Shown: positions 7,884 to 16,390, counted from the stretch's first letter. The stretch: 19,310 nucleotides of DNA from Clostridia bacterium (GCA_017934955.1 JAGBIO010000014.1:1-19310), one strand, 5' to 3'. The notes: a model not told the origin generated them from the sequence alone. Numbers and translations: made by a program.

Positions 7884-8069
7884 TTAGTTTAAGAATGAAA
7901 TTAATTTTTGTTTCGTGTTTTGAGCTGATTGCGCAGAACGTTCAAAGAAATCTTTAATTTGGGGATCAACGGCATTTTGGGCGTAAGTAGATAACTTTTG
8001 ATAAGCTGTTTCGTGACTCCCAATTAAATGTCTGAGGTTCTGAAGCTCAATTTGTGTTAAATTAGCCAT
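7884..8069 (-). CDS. Small Coat-F-like protein, first gene of a two-gene spore coat operon
   Basis: 61 aa. LTQIELQNLRHLIGSHETAYQKLSTYAQNAVDPQIKDFF resembles the N-terminal half of Coat F domains. AAGGAG RBS upstream of ATG 8069. Confidence 0.6.
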   Translation of the reverse strand: MANLTQIELQNLRHLIGSHETAYQKLSTYAQNAVDPQIKDFFERSAQSAQNTKQKLISFLN

Positions 8070-8145
8070 TTTTATATCACTCCTTTGTTTTAGTACACAT
8101 AGGAAAGTTCATTTAGGTACGAATTTTAATAGTTTTCAGGAGGCA

Positions 8146-8169
8146 GGCCACAATAAATTGTGTCCGTAC
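8146..8169. repeat. Solo REP-like hairpin, slightly degenerate
   Basis: GGCCACAA-TAAA-TTGTGTCC-GTAC, with one stem mismatch (A>C). Confidence 0.85.
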
Positions 8170-8268
8170 GATACATCTTGCCGCTGATTTACTAAAATGA
8201 ATGATAAAAACCTATCCAAAATTTCCTATGTGTCCTTAGTATTGACAAAGGATGGAATAATATACAAA

Positions 8269-9237
8269 TTATTTGGAATTTATTAATTTTTCTAAAATTT
8301 GGACGGCATTGGAGGCTGCTCCTTTTCGTAGGTTATCTGCGACAACCCATAAGTTTAAGCCGTTTTCGATGCTGTAATCTCTTCGAATTCTTCCGATAAA
8401 GACTTCATCTTTGTTTTCTGCTAAAATCGGCATCGGATAGAGATTTTTTGAGATATCGTCTTGTAAAACGACTCCCGGTGCGTTTCGAAAGAGTTCTCTG
8501 ACTTCTTCGATTTCGAATGGTTGTTTTAACTCTACATTAATCGATTCGCTGTGACCAAAGAAAACGGGCACTCTTACAGTGGTTGCTGTGATTTGGAGAG
8601 AGTAATCATTTAAGATTTTTCGAGTTTCGTTAATCATTTTCATTTCTTCTTTGGTGTAGCCGTTTTCCTCAAAAACGTCGATATGCGGAATACAGTTTGC
8701 GGTAATCGGATAAGGAAATTTTTCGGAAGTGTTGTTTTTTAAATCGTTGAAGCCACCGAGTCCTGCACCGGAGACGGCTTGATAGGTAGAGTAGATAATT
8801 CGTTTGATGCCGTATTTGTCGTAAAGCGGTTTTAAGGCGACAACGGCTTGAATGGTAGAACAGTTTGGATTGGCGATGATTTTGTTTTGTCGTGCAGTTT
8901 CCGGATTGACTTCCGGCACGACAAGCGGAATTTGTGGATCCATTCGCCAACAACTGCTGTTATCGATGACGGTACAGCCTTTTTCTTTTGCAATCGGTGC
9001 AAATTTCTTGGAGGTACTTGCTCCGGCGGAAAATAAGGCATAGTCGAATCCGGAATCGAAGGAAGATTCGGTTAGTTCTTGAAAGGTGCATTCTTGATTC
9101 ATGAAGAAAACTTTTTGACCGGCAGATCGTGAGGAAGAGAACAAAACATATTCATCAATTGGCAGTTGTTTTTCCTCCAATACACGTAAAAACATTCTTC
9201 CTACCATACCACTTGCGCCAACAATGGCGATACGCAT
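8269..9237 (-). CDS. asd: Aspartate-semialdehyde dehydrogenase
   Basis: The ORF-track frame runs to 9372. ATG 9237 (MRIAIVGASGMVG, Rossmann GxxGxxG) is preferred because an AAGGAG RBS precedes it and the 45-aa extension is low-complexity. Active-site motif IANPNCSTI. Confidence 0.92.
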   Translation of the reverse strand: MRIAIVGASGMVGRMFLRVLEEKQLPIDEYVLFSSSRSAGQKVFFMNQECTFQELTESSFDSGFDYALFSAGASTSKKFAPIAKEKGCTVIDNSSCWRMDPQIPLVVPEVNPETARQNKIIANPNCSTIQAVVALKPLYDKYGIKRIIYSTYQAVSGAGLGGFNDLKNNTSEKFPYPITANCIPHIDVFEENGYTKEEMKMINETRKILNDYSLQITATTVRVPVFFGHSESINVELKQPFEIEEVRELFRNAPGVVLQDDISKNLYPMPILAENKDEVFIGRIRRDYSIENGLNLWVVADNLRKGAASNAVQILEKLINSK

Positions 9238-9257
9238 AGCGATCACTCCTTTAATAC

Positions 9258-9286
9258 TTGAATAATTACTAAAAATATAGTATGAT
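9258..9286 (+). promoter_or_regulatory. Candidate sigma-A promoter of the metal ABC permease gene
   Basis: TTGAAT (9258-9263), 17-nt spacer, TATGAT (9281-9286), in the divergent asd/permease region. Confidence 0.45.
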
Positions 9287-9320
9287 AGATAGGCAAAATA
9301 TGTGTGGGGAAGGGAAAAAG

Positions 9321-10160
9321 ATGCAAAATCTGTATTGGTTGATAGAGAACATTTTTCCGTTTGAGTGGACAAGATATGATTTTATGAAGAATGCTTTTCT
9401 TGCGACGCTTTTGATTGGGATATTGTTTGGTTTTTTGGGAAGTATGGTTGTGAATCAGAAAATGGCATTTTTTTCTGAGGCATTGGGTCATTCGGCTTTG
9501 ACGGGAATCGGAATCGGGGCGGTGCTTGGCGTTAGTAATTCGCTTGTTTCGATGATTCTTTTTGCGATTTTTATGTCGTTAGCGATTTGGTTTGTGGAGA
9601 AGAAAAATACGATGTCTACCGATACCATCATCGGGACGATTTCTTCGATTGCGATTGCGTTGGGATTGGTTTTGATGTCGCAGGGTGGAAATTTTAATAA
9701 ATATTCTTCGTATCTAATCGGGGATGTGTTGAGTATTACGACAAATGAGATTGTGATGCTGTTTGTGACTTTGATTGCTACGATTGCCTTCTGGAGCATA
9801 TTATTTAATAAATTGGTTTTGGCAGGCGTGAATAGTGCGATTGCCAATAGCCGAAAGATAAAGTCGGATTGGATTAATTTGATTTTTATCGTTTTGGTGG
9901 CTGTGGTCGTGATGATTTCAATTAAATGGGTAGGAATTTTAATTATTAATTCTTTATTGATTTTACCGGCGGCTACCGCAAGGAATGTTGCGAGAAATAT
10001 GAAACAATATACTTTACTTTCTGTTATTTTCTCGGTGGTTTCGTGTTTGCTTGGATTGGTGCTGTCGTATTACATAGATGCTGCGGCGGGAGCGACGATT
10101 GTACTTGTTTCGTCGGTATTTTTTGTGATTAGCTTATTTGGGCTTAGGTGGAATCAGTAG
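9321..10160 (+). CDS. Metal (Zn/Mn/Fe-type) ABC transporter permease, ABC-3 family (ZnuB/MntB/TroC-like)
   Basis: Polytopic membrane protein (AFLATLLIGILFGFLGSMVVNQKMAFFSEALGHSALTGIGIG...). ATG 9321 is preferred over 9282 because the predicted promoter -10 overlaps 9282 and a GGGGAAGGGA RBS precedes 9321. Confidence 0.82.
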   Translation: MQNLYWLIENIFPFEWTRYDFMKNAFLATLLIGILFGFLGSMVVNQKMAFFSEALGHSALTGIGIGAVLGVSNSLVSMILFAIFMSLAIWFVEKKNTMSTDTIIGTISSIAIALGLVLMSQGGNFNKYSSYLIGDVLSITTNEIVMLFVTLIATIAFWSILFNKLVLAGVNSAIANSRKIKSDWINLIFIVLVAVVVMISIKWVGILIINSLLILPAATARNVARNMKQYTLLSVIFSVVSCLLGLVLSYYIDAAAGATIVLVSSVFFVISLFGLRWNQ

Positions 10161-10163
10161 AGT

Positions 10164-10324
10164 GGACAGCATGAATGCTGTCCGTACGGATGCTTTGATG
10201 GAATGGGTAAAATGGACAGCATGAATGCTGTCCGTACAGTAGGGAAGAATGGGGTAGGGACAGCATTTATGCTGTCCGCTAAATAGGCAGATATGTAAAC
10301 GGACACAATAAATTGGGTTCGTAC
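10164..10324. repeat. REP-like cluster: two tandem copies (50-bp period) plus an inverted doublet mixing both stem variants
   Basis: GGACAGCA-TGAA-TGCTGTCC-GTAC at 10164-10187 and 10214-10237. GTAG-GGACAGCA-TTTA-TGCTGTCC at 10254-10277. Degenerate GGACACAA-TAAA-TTGGGTTC-GTAC at 10301-10324. Confidence 0.93.
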
Positions 10325-10350
10325 AGCTAGTTTTGAAAGGGGAGAGATAG

Positions 10351-11667
10351 ATGGAAAGAGTTGAACCAAAGACATTAGCAGGATTTATGGAATTATTGCC
10401 GGAAGAACAGGTGGTATTTAATCATATGAGGGATGTGATTCGTCATTCTTATGAGACGTTTGGCTTCTTGCCATTGGATACTCCGATTATTGAATATTCT
10501 GAGGTGTTGCTTGCGAAGGCGGGAGGAGAGACGGAGAAGCAGATTTACCGTTTTACAAAGGGGGATACCGATTTATCGTTGCGTTTTGATTTGACGGTTC
10601 CTTTGGCGAAGTTTGTGGCGCAGAATTTGTATCAGTTATCCTTTCCGTTCCGTCGATATCAGATTGGAAAGGTATTTCGTGGTGAAAGACCGCAGAAAGG
10701 GCGTTACAGAGAATTTTATCAATGTGATATTGATATTATCGGAGATGGGGAACTTTCGATTTTGAATGATGCGGAAATTCCGAGCGTGATTTATACAACT
10801 TTTCGTAACCTTGGTTTTGAGAGATTTACCATTCGTGTAAATAATCGTAAGGTATTGGGTGGATTTTTTGAGGCATTAGGTTATAAAGATTCGATTACCG
10901 ATATTTTGAGAATTATCGATAAGGTGGAAAAAATCGGTTATGACGCGGTTCGAGAGGAATTGGCGACGCTTGGCGTAGCAGAAAATGCGATTGAGAAGAT
11001 TATTGAGTTCGTTTCGATTAAAGGGAATACCGGTGAAGTGATTGAAAAATTGCTTTCTTTGGGGATTGAAAATGAGCAATTTCAATTAGGTGTTGAGGAA
11101 TTGAAGGCTGTTTCGGAAAATGCGGAGGCGTTTGGACTACCGAAGGAGAACTATAAGATTGATTTGACGATTGCGAGAGGATTGGATTATTATACCGGAA
11201 CGGTATATGAGACGGTTTTGGATGATTATCCGCAAATCGGAAGTGTTTGCTCGGGTGGAAGATACGATAATTTGGCGGAGTTTTATACCGATAAGAAATT
11301 GCCGGGAGTAGGAATTTCTATTGGTTTGACAAGATTGTATTACCAGTTGAAGCAAGCTGGAATTTTAGGTGCGGTTGCGAAGAATATGGCGAAAGTCATG
11401 ATTATTCCGATGTTGGAGGATATTAAGCCTTGTATTACGTTGGCAAGCGGATTAAGAGCGGCAGGAATTAATACCGAGATTTATTACAACAAGAAAAATA
11501 TGAAGGGGAAGTTTAATTATGCGAATAAATTGGGAATTCCGTATGTAATAGTAATCGGGGAGGATGAGATTCAAAACGGTACGGTTGCATTGAAGAATAT
11601 GGAGACGGGAGAACAGCAAAGCGTGCCAAATGATGTAGAGAGTATTAAGAAGATTGTTGGAGAATAA
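10351..11667 (+). CDS. hisS: Histidine--tRNA ligase
   Basis: 438 aa. Class II motifs (FRGERPQKGRYREFYQCDIDIIG, GGRYDNL) and a C-terminal anticodon-binding domain. RBS AAGGGGAG upstream. Confidence 0.94.
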   Translation: MERVEPKTLAGFMELLPEEQVVFNHMRDVIRHSYETFGFLPLDTPIIEYSEVLLAKAGGETEKQIYRFTKGDTDLSLRFDLTVPLAKFVAQNLYQLSFPFRRYQIGKVFRGERPQKGRYREFYQCDIDIIGDGELSILNDAEIPSVIYTTFRNLGFERFTIRVNNRKVLGGFFEALGYKDSITDILRIIDKVEKIGYDAVREELATLGVAENAIEKIIEFVSIKGNTGEVIEKLLSLGIENEQFQLGVEELKAVSENAEAFGLPKENYKIDLTIARGLDYYTGTVYETVLDDYPQIGSVCSGGRYDNLAEFYTDKKLPGVGISIGLTRLYYQLKQAGILGAVAKNMAKVMIIPMLEDIKPCITLASGLRAAGINTEIYYNKKNMKGKFNYANKLGIPYVIVIGEDEIQNGTVALKNMETGEQQSVPNDVESIKKIVGE

Positions 11668-11674
11668 GAACCAC

Positions 11675-11708
11675 ACCCGTCATTAAAAAGCATAGCTTTT
11701 TGACGGGT
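11675..11708 (+). terminator. Candidate hisS terminator hairpin
   Basis: ACCCGTC/GACGGGT (7 bp) plus AAAAAGC/GCTTTTT (7 bp) with a 3-nt bulge and an ATA loop. The downstream tract CCTTGTTGTTT is only moderately T-rich. Confidence 0.5.
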
Positions 11709-11738
11709 CCCGTGAACCTTGTTGTTTCACAATAAAAT

Positions 11739-11864
11739 GGACAGCATGAATGCTGTCCGTACAGAAGGATTGAGGAAGAAGTAACATGTGGACAGCATGA
11801 ATGCTGTCCGTACAGAAGGATTGAGGAAGAAGCAACATGTGGACAGCATGAATGCTGTCCGTAC
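11739..11864. repeat. Tandem array of three REP-like hairpins, 51-bp period
   Basis: GGACAGCA-TGAA-TGCTGTCC-GTAC at 11739-11762, 11790-11813 and 11841-11864. Spacers AGAAGGATTGAGGAAGAAG(T/C)AACATGT are nearly the same unit as the 5605-5781 array. Confidence 0.96.
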
Positions 11865-11883
11865 AGAAATATTGTGATATTTA

Positions 11884-11919
11884 ATAATAAGGACACCGAG
11901 TTGATGGTGTCCTTATTAT
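11884..11919 (-). terminator. Terminator hairpin of the glycosidase gene, possibly bidirectional; overlaps its stop codon
   Basis: Perfect 14-bp stem ATAATAAGGACACC/GGTGTCCTTATTAT with loop GAGTTGAT and A/T-rich flanks. The stem core GGACACC/GGTGTCC resembles the REP core. Confidence 0.6.
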
Positions 11920-13235
11920 ATGTCGTTTTTGGTGACAATAAAGGCAGATGGCAAGTATCTTCCGTAGGTTGTGCCGTTGGATGGTTTTGTTTGCACTTTT
12001 CCGTCGTAGTACATGATGGAAGAGGAGCCGCCGTCTAATGCGGCTGCGTTGATGGCGCCGTAGGAGGCTAAAATGTCTTGGCAGTCTTTCATGGTTGCGC
12101 CGATGCTGTGGAGTTGTCTTCCGTCGATTACCAACATTAATACGCTTCCGTCCAAGGTTTGACCGATGGCGGTTCTTGGGTGAAGCCCATAGCCTCCGTT
12201 TCCGGATTTGATTCGTTTGTTTCCATTGACAATTAGTTTATAGAATGGCTCTACGGCGTCTCTCAAGTGTAATTCTTCTATTTCTTTTTTTGTATAAGTC
12301 CCTACTATCAGGGTATTTTCATTATCAAATCCGATGACATCGTACTCTTCTTGTTGCGGATCGTAAATCCATTTTCCTTCTGAAATTAAAATTCCGACCG
12401 GATAGGCTGCTTTTCCTTTTCCGTTTTCGTCGATAAATCCGCTTCCGTTAATTCCGGCAACAGCATCATAATTTTTAATAATGTCTTGTAAAAATTGTCC
12501 GTTTGTTCCCATTGTTTGACTGATTCCGACAATGACTTGTTCCGGGTTGCTGATTTTGAGCAATTTTCCGGTAAATCCGCTTCCGGATACGTCGAATACT
12601 TGAAGGATGTTTTCTTTTTTCCCGTATCCTTCTGTTTTAATGGTATCTTCCTCGAAATCCGGCGCAACGTATTCTGTCATGATTTCGTTGATGGTTTCTT
12701 CCGAGAAGAAGATTTTTGCAAGCCATTGGTGCGTATAGGTTGTCATGGCGGTAGAAACATATAGGTTTCGTATTTCTTGAAATGGTTTGAGTGGAATATA
12801 GAAAATACATAAAACAGTAACGGCTAATATGGTAAACATGGCTGCAAAAAAGGAGAAGAGGTATAAGAAAACCTTTTTTGGCAGTTTCATTACTTTCGGA
12901 TTCATTCGAATTGTTTTTTTACTCTGATTGTTTTTTTCGTTGTATTCCGAGAAGAGCTGATAGGCGATTAGGTTAGAGAGATAGAAATCATCTACCATCT
13001 GTCTTTCGTAGCCGTCATTAATGGTTGTTTTTGTACGAATAATATCTTTTGAGGTGTCAAGTCCGTCTTCTTTACATTGTTTTTCTATTTTTAGGATCGA
13101 CTTATAAAGCTTATTCCATGTGCAATTGTCGAGCAAGAATTCGATGTCTCTTGCGCGCCAATAGTATTCACCGGTATAAGCTTCGATTTTAATTTTATCT
13201 AAATGCTGTTCTAATTCTTTGTTGATGGTTGCCAT
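11916..13235 (-). CDS. Membrane protein: N-terminal DinD-like cytoplasmic domain, one TM helix, C-terminal phosphodiester glycosidase (NAGPA/DUF2233) domain
   Basis: 439 aa. The C-terminus (AGINGSGF, HPRTAIGQTLDGSVLMLVIDGRQ, AAALDGGSSS) is typical of the phosphodiester glycosidase family. TM segment VFLYLFSFFAAMFTILAVTVLCIFYI. The N-terminal ~100 aa (GEYYWRARDIEFLL...CKEDG...DDFYLSNLIAYQL) resembles DNA-damage-inducible protein D. RBS GAGGGA. Confidence 0.8.
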   Translation of the reverse strand: MATINKELEQHLDKIKIEAYTGEYYWRARDIEFLLDNCTWNKLYKSILKIEKQCKEDGLDTSKDIIRTKTTINDGYERQMVDDFYLSNLIAYQLFSEYNEKNNQSKKTIRMNPKVMKLPKKVFLYLFSFFAAMFTILAVTVLCIFYIPLKPFQEIRNLYVSTAMTTYTHQWLAKIFFSEETINEIMTEYVAPDFEEDTIKTEGYGKKENILQVFDVSGSGFTGKLLKISNPEQVIVGISQTMGTNGQFLQDIIKNYDAVAGINGSGFIDENGKGKAAYPVGILISEGKWIYDPQQEEYDVIGFDNENTLIVGTYTKKEIEELHLRDAVEPFYKLIVNGNKRIKSGNGGYGLHPRTAIGQTLDGSVLMLVIDGRQLHSIGATMKDCQDILASYGAINAAALDGGSSSIMYYDGKVQTKPSNGTTYGRYLPSAFIVTKNDI

Positions 13236-13372
13236 TAAAATCCCTCATATTTTTAAGTATATATAAATATTCTATCGTAAAGTGAGCGTAATTTCTACAT
13301 GTTTTTAAATAAATATTAAGGGAAAAGTTGCTACTTAGACTATATCTTTCTATGATGATACAAATTCTGTGT

Positions 13373-13554
13373 GGACACAATGAATTGTGTCCGTACAAAT
13401 ACTTTTCTACCGACATTGTAGGGACAGCATTTATGCTGTCCACAGAAAAGGGAGAAATAGGACAGCATGAATGCTGTCCGTACAAATGAAATTCTGCCTA
13501 TAACACTATATAAGGGGACAAGGGACGAGTGGACACAATGAATTGTGTCCCTAC
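13373..13554. repeat. BIME-like cluster of four REP-like hairpins in alternating orientation
   Basis: GGACACAA-TGAA-TTGTGTCC-GTAC at 13373-13396. GTAG-GGACAGCA-TTTA-TGCTGTCC at 13418-13441. GGACAGCA-TGAA-TGCTGTCC-GTAC at 13460-13483. GGACACAA-TGAA-TTGTGTCC-CTAC at 13531-13554, which is a GTAG-type copy on the - strand. Confidence 0.94.
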
Positions 13555-13650
13555 AAACTGCTTTCTGCCGATTTTTTCGAATTTTAAATAAAATCTGAAT
13601 AAAGAATGGGAAAGATGTATAATATTTAAAAGGTTTTCAAGGGTAAAATG

Positions 13651-13679
13651 TTGAATATATAAAATGCTTGGTATATAAT
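13651..13679 (+). promoter_or_regulatory. Candidate sigma-A promoter of mreB/mbl
   Basis: TTGAAT (13651-13656), 17-nt spacer, consensus TATAAT (13674-13679). AGGAGG RBS at 13705-13710. Confidence 0.6.
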
Positions 13680-13718
13680 CAAAATACACAAGGCATGAGG
13701 GAATAGGAGGAAGGTATT

Positions 13719-14741
13719 TTGTTGGGTTTTGGACAAGATATAGGAATTGATTTGGGAACAGCGACTGTATTAATTTATGTAAAAGGCAAAGGAATTGTAT
13801 TAAGAGAACCTTCTGTTGTGGCAATTGATAAGAATACAAATGCCGTTATGGCGGTTGGGGAAGAGGCAAGATTGATGCTTGGCAGAACCCCGGGAAATAT
13901 TGTTGCGATTCGTCCTCTTCGAGATGGCGTTATTTCGGATTATCAAGTAACGGAAAGAATGTTGCGTTATTTTATTAATAAGGTTTGCGGAAGTCGTATT
14001 TTCCGTCCGCGCTTAGTCATTTGCGTACCTTCTGAGGTGACGGAGGTAGAGAAAAAGGCAGTTATTGATGCAGCGATGCAGGCGGGAGCAAGAAAGGTGC
14101 AGTTGGTGGAAGAGCCGATTGCGGCTGCGATTGGTGCGGGTATTGATATCGCGAAGGCTTACGGTACGATGGTGGTAGATATCGGTGGTGGTACAACGGA
14201 TATTGCGGTTATTGCACTTGGCGGAAATGTGCTGAGTACGTCAATTAAAGTGGCGGGAGATAAATTTGATGAGGCGATTATTCGTTTTATGCGAAAAAAA
14301 TATAATGTGATGATTGGGGAAAGAACGGCGGAAGAGATGAAGATTAAAATCGGTTGTGTTTTCCCGAAGGTACAGGATAATTCTATGGAAGTGCGTGGAC
14401 GAAATTTGCTTTCCGGATTGCCGATTACGGTGGAAGTGAATTCTTCTGAAATGTTGGAGGCTTTAGAAGAGCCGGCGACGATGATTGTAGAGTCGGTGCA
14501 TAGTGTTTTGGAGAATACTCCTCCGGAGTTATCGGCGGATATCAGCGATAAGGGAATTTTGATGACCGGTGGAGGTGCGATGCTGGATGGGTTGGATAAA
14601 TTAATTTCCAGTAAAACCGGAATTAATGTTTATTTGGCGGAAGATGCGGTTTCCTGCGTGGCATACGGAACCGGTAAGATTTTGGATAATTTGGATGTTT
14701 TGTCAAAAATTGCTCCTCCGGAGAGAAAATTGGAACTATAA
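13719..14741 (+). CDS. mreB: Rod shape-determining actin homologue MreB/Mbl
   Basis: 340 aa. Motifs DIGIDLGTATVLIYVKG, VVDIGGGTTDIAVI and GILMTGGGA. TTG start 8 nt after AGGAGG. Synteny with the following rod genes mirrors B. subtilis mbl-flhO-flhP. Confidence 0.92.
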   Translation: MLGFGQDIGIDLGTATVLIYVKGKGIVLREPSVVAIDKNTNAVMAVGEEARLMLGRTPGNIVAIRPLRDGVISDYQVTERMLRYFINKVCGSRIFRPRLVICVPSEVTEVEKKAVIDAAMQAGARKVQLVEEPIAAAIGAGIDIAKAYGTMVVDIGGGTTDIAVIALGGNVLSTSIKVAGDKFDEAIIRFMRKKYNVMIGERTAEEMKIKIGCVFPKVQDNSMEVRGRNLLSGLPITVEVNSSEMLEALEEPATMIVESVHSVLENTPPELSADISDKGILMTGGGAMLDGLDKLISSKTGINVYLAEDAVSCVAYGTGKILDNLDVLSKIAPPERKLEL

Positions 14742-14796
14742 AGTTTTGATGCTGTTTTGACGATATCTGTACAGAGGAAAAATAGGAGGTACACTT

Positions 14797-15546
14797 ATGA
14801 TAAGAGGAATCTATACTTCCGGATTGGGAATGATAAAGGAAACAAAGCGTTTAGACGTAATTTCAAACAATTTGGCGAATGCGAGTACTAATGCGTTTAA
14901 GTCTTCCGGCGTGACATCGGGAAATTTTGCGAAGGCCTTAAGTGATGTCAGAGTGGGAAGGAGTAAAATCGATATAGAAAATTACACACCGGATGCGGTG
15001 AATACATATACCAATTATACACAGGGAAGTTTGAAAAATACAGCTAATAAAACGGATTTGGCGATTACCGGAGATAATCATGCTTTTTTTGAAGTAGAGA
15101 ATGATGAGGGCGAAAAATTATATACGCGAGATGGTTCTTTTTCTGTGAATAAAGACGGTTATTTGGTAACGGATGAAGGTTATAAAGTTTTGGGAGAAAA
15201 AGGATATATCAATTTAAACAATAACGAAATTGGAATTTCGGCAGCAGGACAGATTACCGCATTAAAGGATAATTCCGTAATCGATACTTTATCGATTAAA
15301 TCGTTTGAGAATCCCGAAACTTTGTCAAAATTGGGAGATAATTTTGTGAAGCCGGGGGAAGAGTCGATTATGACTAAGTTTACCGGAGAAGTTCAGCAGG
15401 GATATTTGGAGATGTCGAATGTGAATACGGTAAACGAAATGGTGAATATGATTTCGGTAACGAGAGCGTATGAAGCGAATCAAAAGGTGCTTCAGGCACA
15501 GGATGAGATGTTGGGAAAAGCAGTAAGTGATGTTGGAAAAGTATAG
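14797..15546 (+). CDS. flgF: Flagellar basal-body rod protein (FlgF-like; FlhO in B. subtilis nomenclature)
   Basis: 249 aa. N-terminal rod/hook signature GLGMIKETKRLDVISNNLANASTNAFK and C-terminal YLEMSNVNTVNEMVNMISVTRAYEANQKV. AGGAGG RBS. Confidence 0.82.
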   Translation: MIRGIYTSGLGMIKETKRLDVISNNLANASTNAFKSSGVTSGNFAKALSDVRVGRSKIDIENYTPDAVNTYTNYTQGSLKNTANKTDLAITGDNHAFFEVENDEGEKLYTRDGSFSVNKDGYLVTDEGYKVLGEKGYINLNNNEIGISAAGQITALKDNSVIDTLSIKSFENPETLSKLGDNFVKPGEESIMTKFTGEVQQGYLEMSNVNTVNEMVNMISVTRAYEANQKVLQAQDEMLGKAVSDVGKV

Positions 15547-15574
15547 TCGTAAAAGGTAAAGGGAGGTAATACAT

Positions 15575-16390
15575 ATGATGAGAGCTTTGTGGACGGCAGC
15601 GACCGGAATGACAGGGCAGCAGACGAATGTCGATGTGATTGCGAATAATTTGTCGAATGTGAATACGACAGCTTATAAAAAATCGAGAGTGGAGTTTAAG
15701 GATTTAGTATATGAAGAGAGAAATCGTGCTTATAACTTAAAGCGTGATGATGCTCCTGCGAATCTGCAAATCGGTCTTGGTGCAAGACCTTCTGCGACGT
15801 TAAAAGATTTTTCCGACGGTACTTATACGATGACGGAAAATCGTACGGATTTAGCAATTAGCGGACCCGGATTTTTCACGTTGAGAGATACGGAAGGAAA
15901 TACGATTTATACCAGAGACGGAAGTTTTAAGTTTTCTGCGGAAGAAGATGGCGGACAGATGTTGGTGAATTCGCAGGGTTATCCGGTATTGGATGCAGAG
16001 GGAAATGAAATTAAAATAAATATCAATAATTTGGAAGAGTTTGCGGTAGACATAGATGGTTCGATTTATGTTATGGGAGAAGATGGTTTGCCGGTTGATA
16101 CCGGAATTGAAATCGGATTGGTAAAATTCCAAAATCCGGCGGGTCTTTTGAGTATTGGCTCGAATAATTATCAGGTGACGGCGAATTCCGGACAGCCGGT
16201 GTGGGAAAACGCATTAGATGACGGAGAGGAAAGAAGTACAATTATGCAGAATTATTTAGAAGGGTCTAATGTGGAATTGGTTGAGGAAATGGTAAATTTG
16301 ATTGTGGCACAGCGGGCTTATGAGATTAATTCCAAAACAGTACAAGCGGCTGATGATATGTTACAACAGGCAAATAACCTAAAAAGATAG
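15575..16390 (+). CDS. flgG: Flagellar basal-body rod protein FlgG (FlhP-like)
   Basis: 271 aa. MRALWTAATGMTGQQTNVDVIANNLSNVNTTAYKK and C-terminal YLEGSNVELVEEMVNLIVAQRAYEINSK. GGGAGG RBS. Confidence 0.88.
   Translation: MMRALWTAATGMTGQQTNVDVIANNLSNVNTTAYKKSRVEFKDLVYEERNRAYNLKRDDAPANLQIGLGARPSATLKDFSDGTYTMTENRTDLAISGPGFFTLRDTEGNTIYTRDGSFKFSAEEDGGQMLVNSQGYPVLDAEGNEIKININNLEEFAVDIDGSIYVMGEDGLPVDTGIEIGLVKFQNPAGLLSIGSNNYQVTANSGQPVWENALDDGEERSTIMQNYLEGSNVELVEEMVNLIVAQRAYEINSKTVQAADDMLQQANNLKR

Noticed and set aside
8242-8270. Perfect TTGACA hexamer on the + strand just downstream of the asd stop
   Set aside because: No acceptable -10 lies at 16-18 nt spacing. A transcript from here would only run antisense into asd.
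14748-14785. Possible REP remnant between mreB and the first rod gene (TGCTGT ... CTGTACAGAGGAAAAATAGGAGG)
   Set aside because: Only the tail motif (GTACAG followed by a purine-rich stretch) and a 6-nt arm fragment match. There is no hairpin, and the match is too short to separate from chance or from an ordinary RBS region. The same applies to CCGTACA at 17601-17607.
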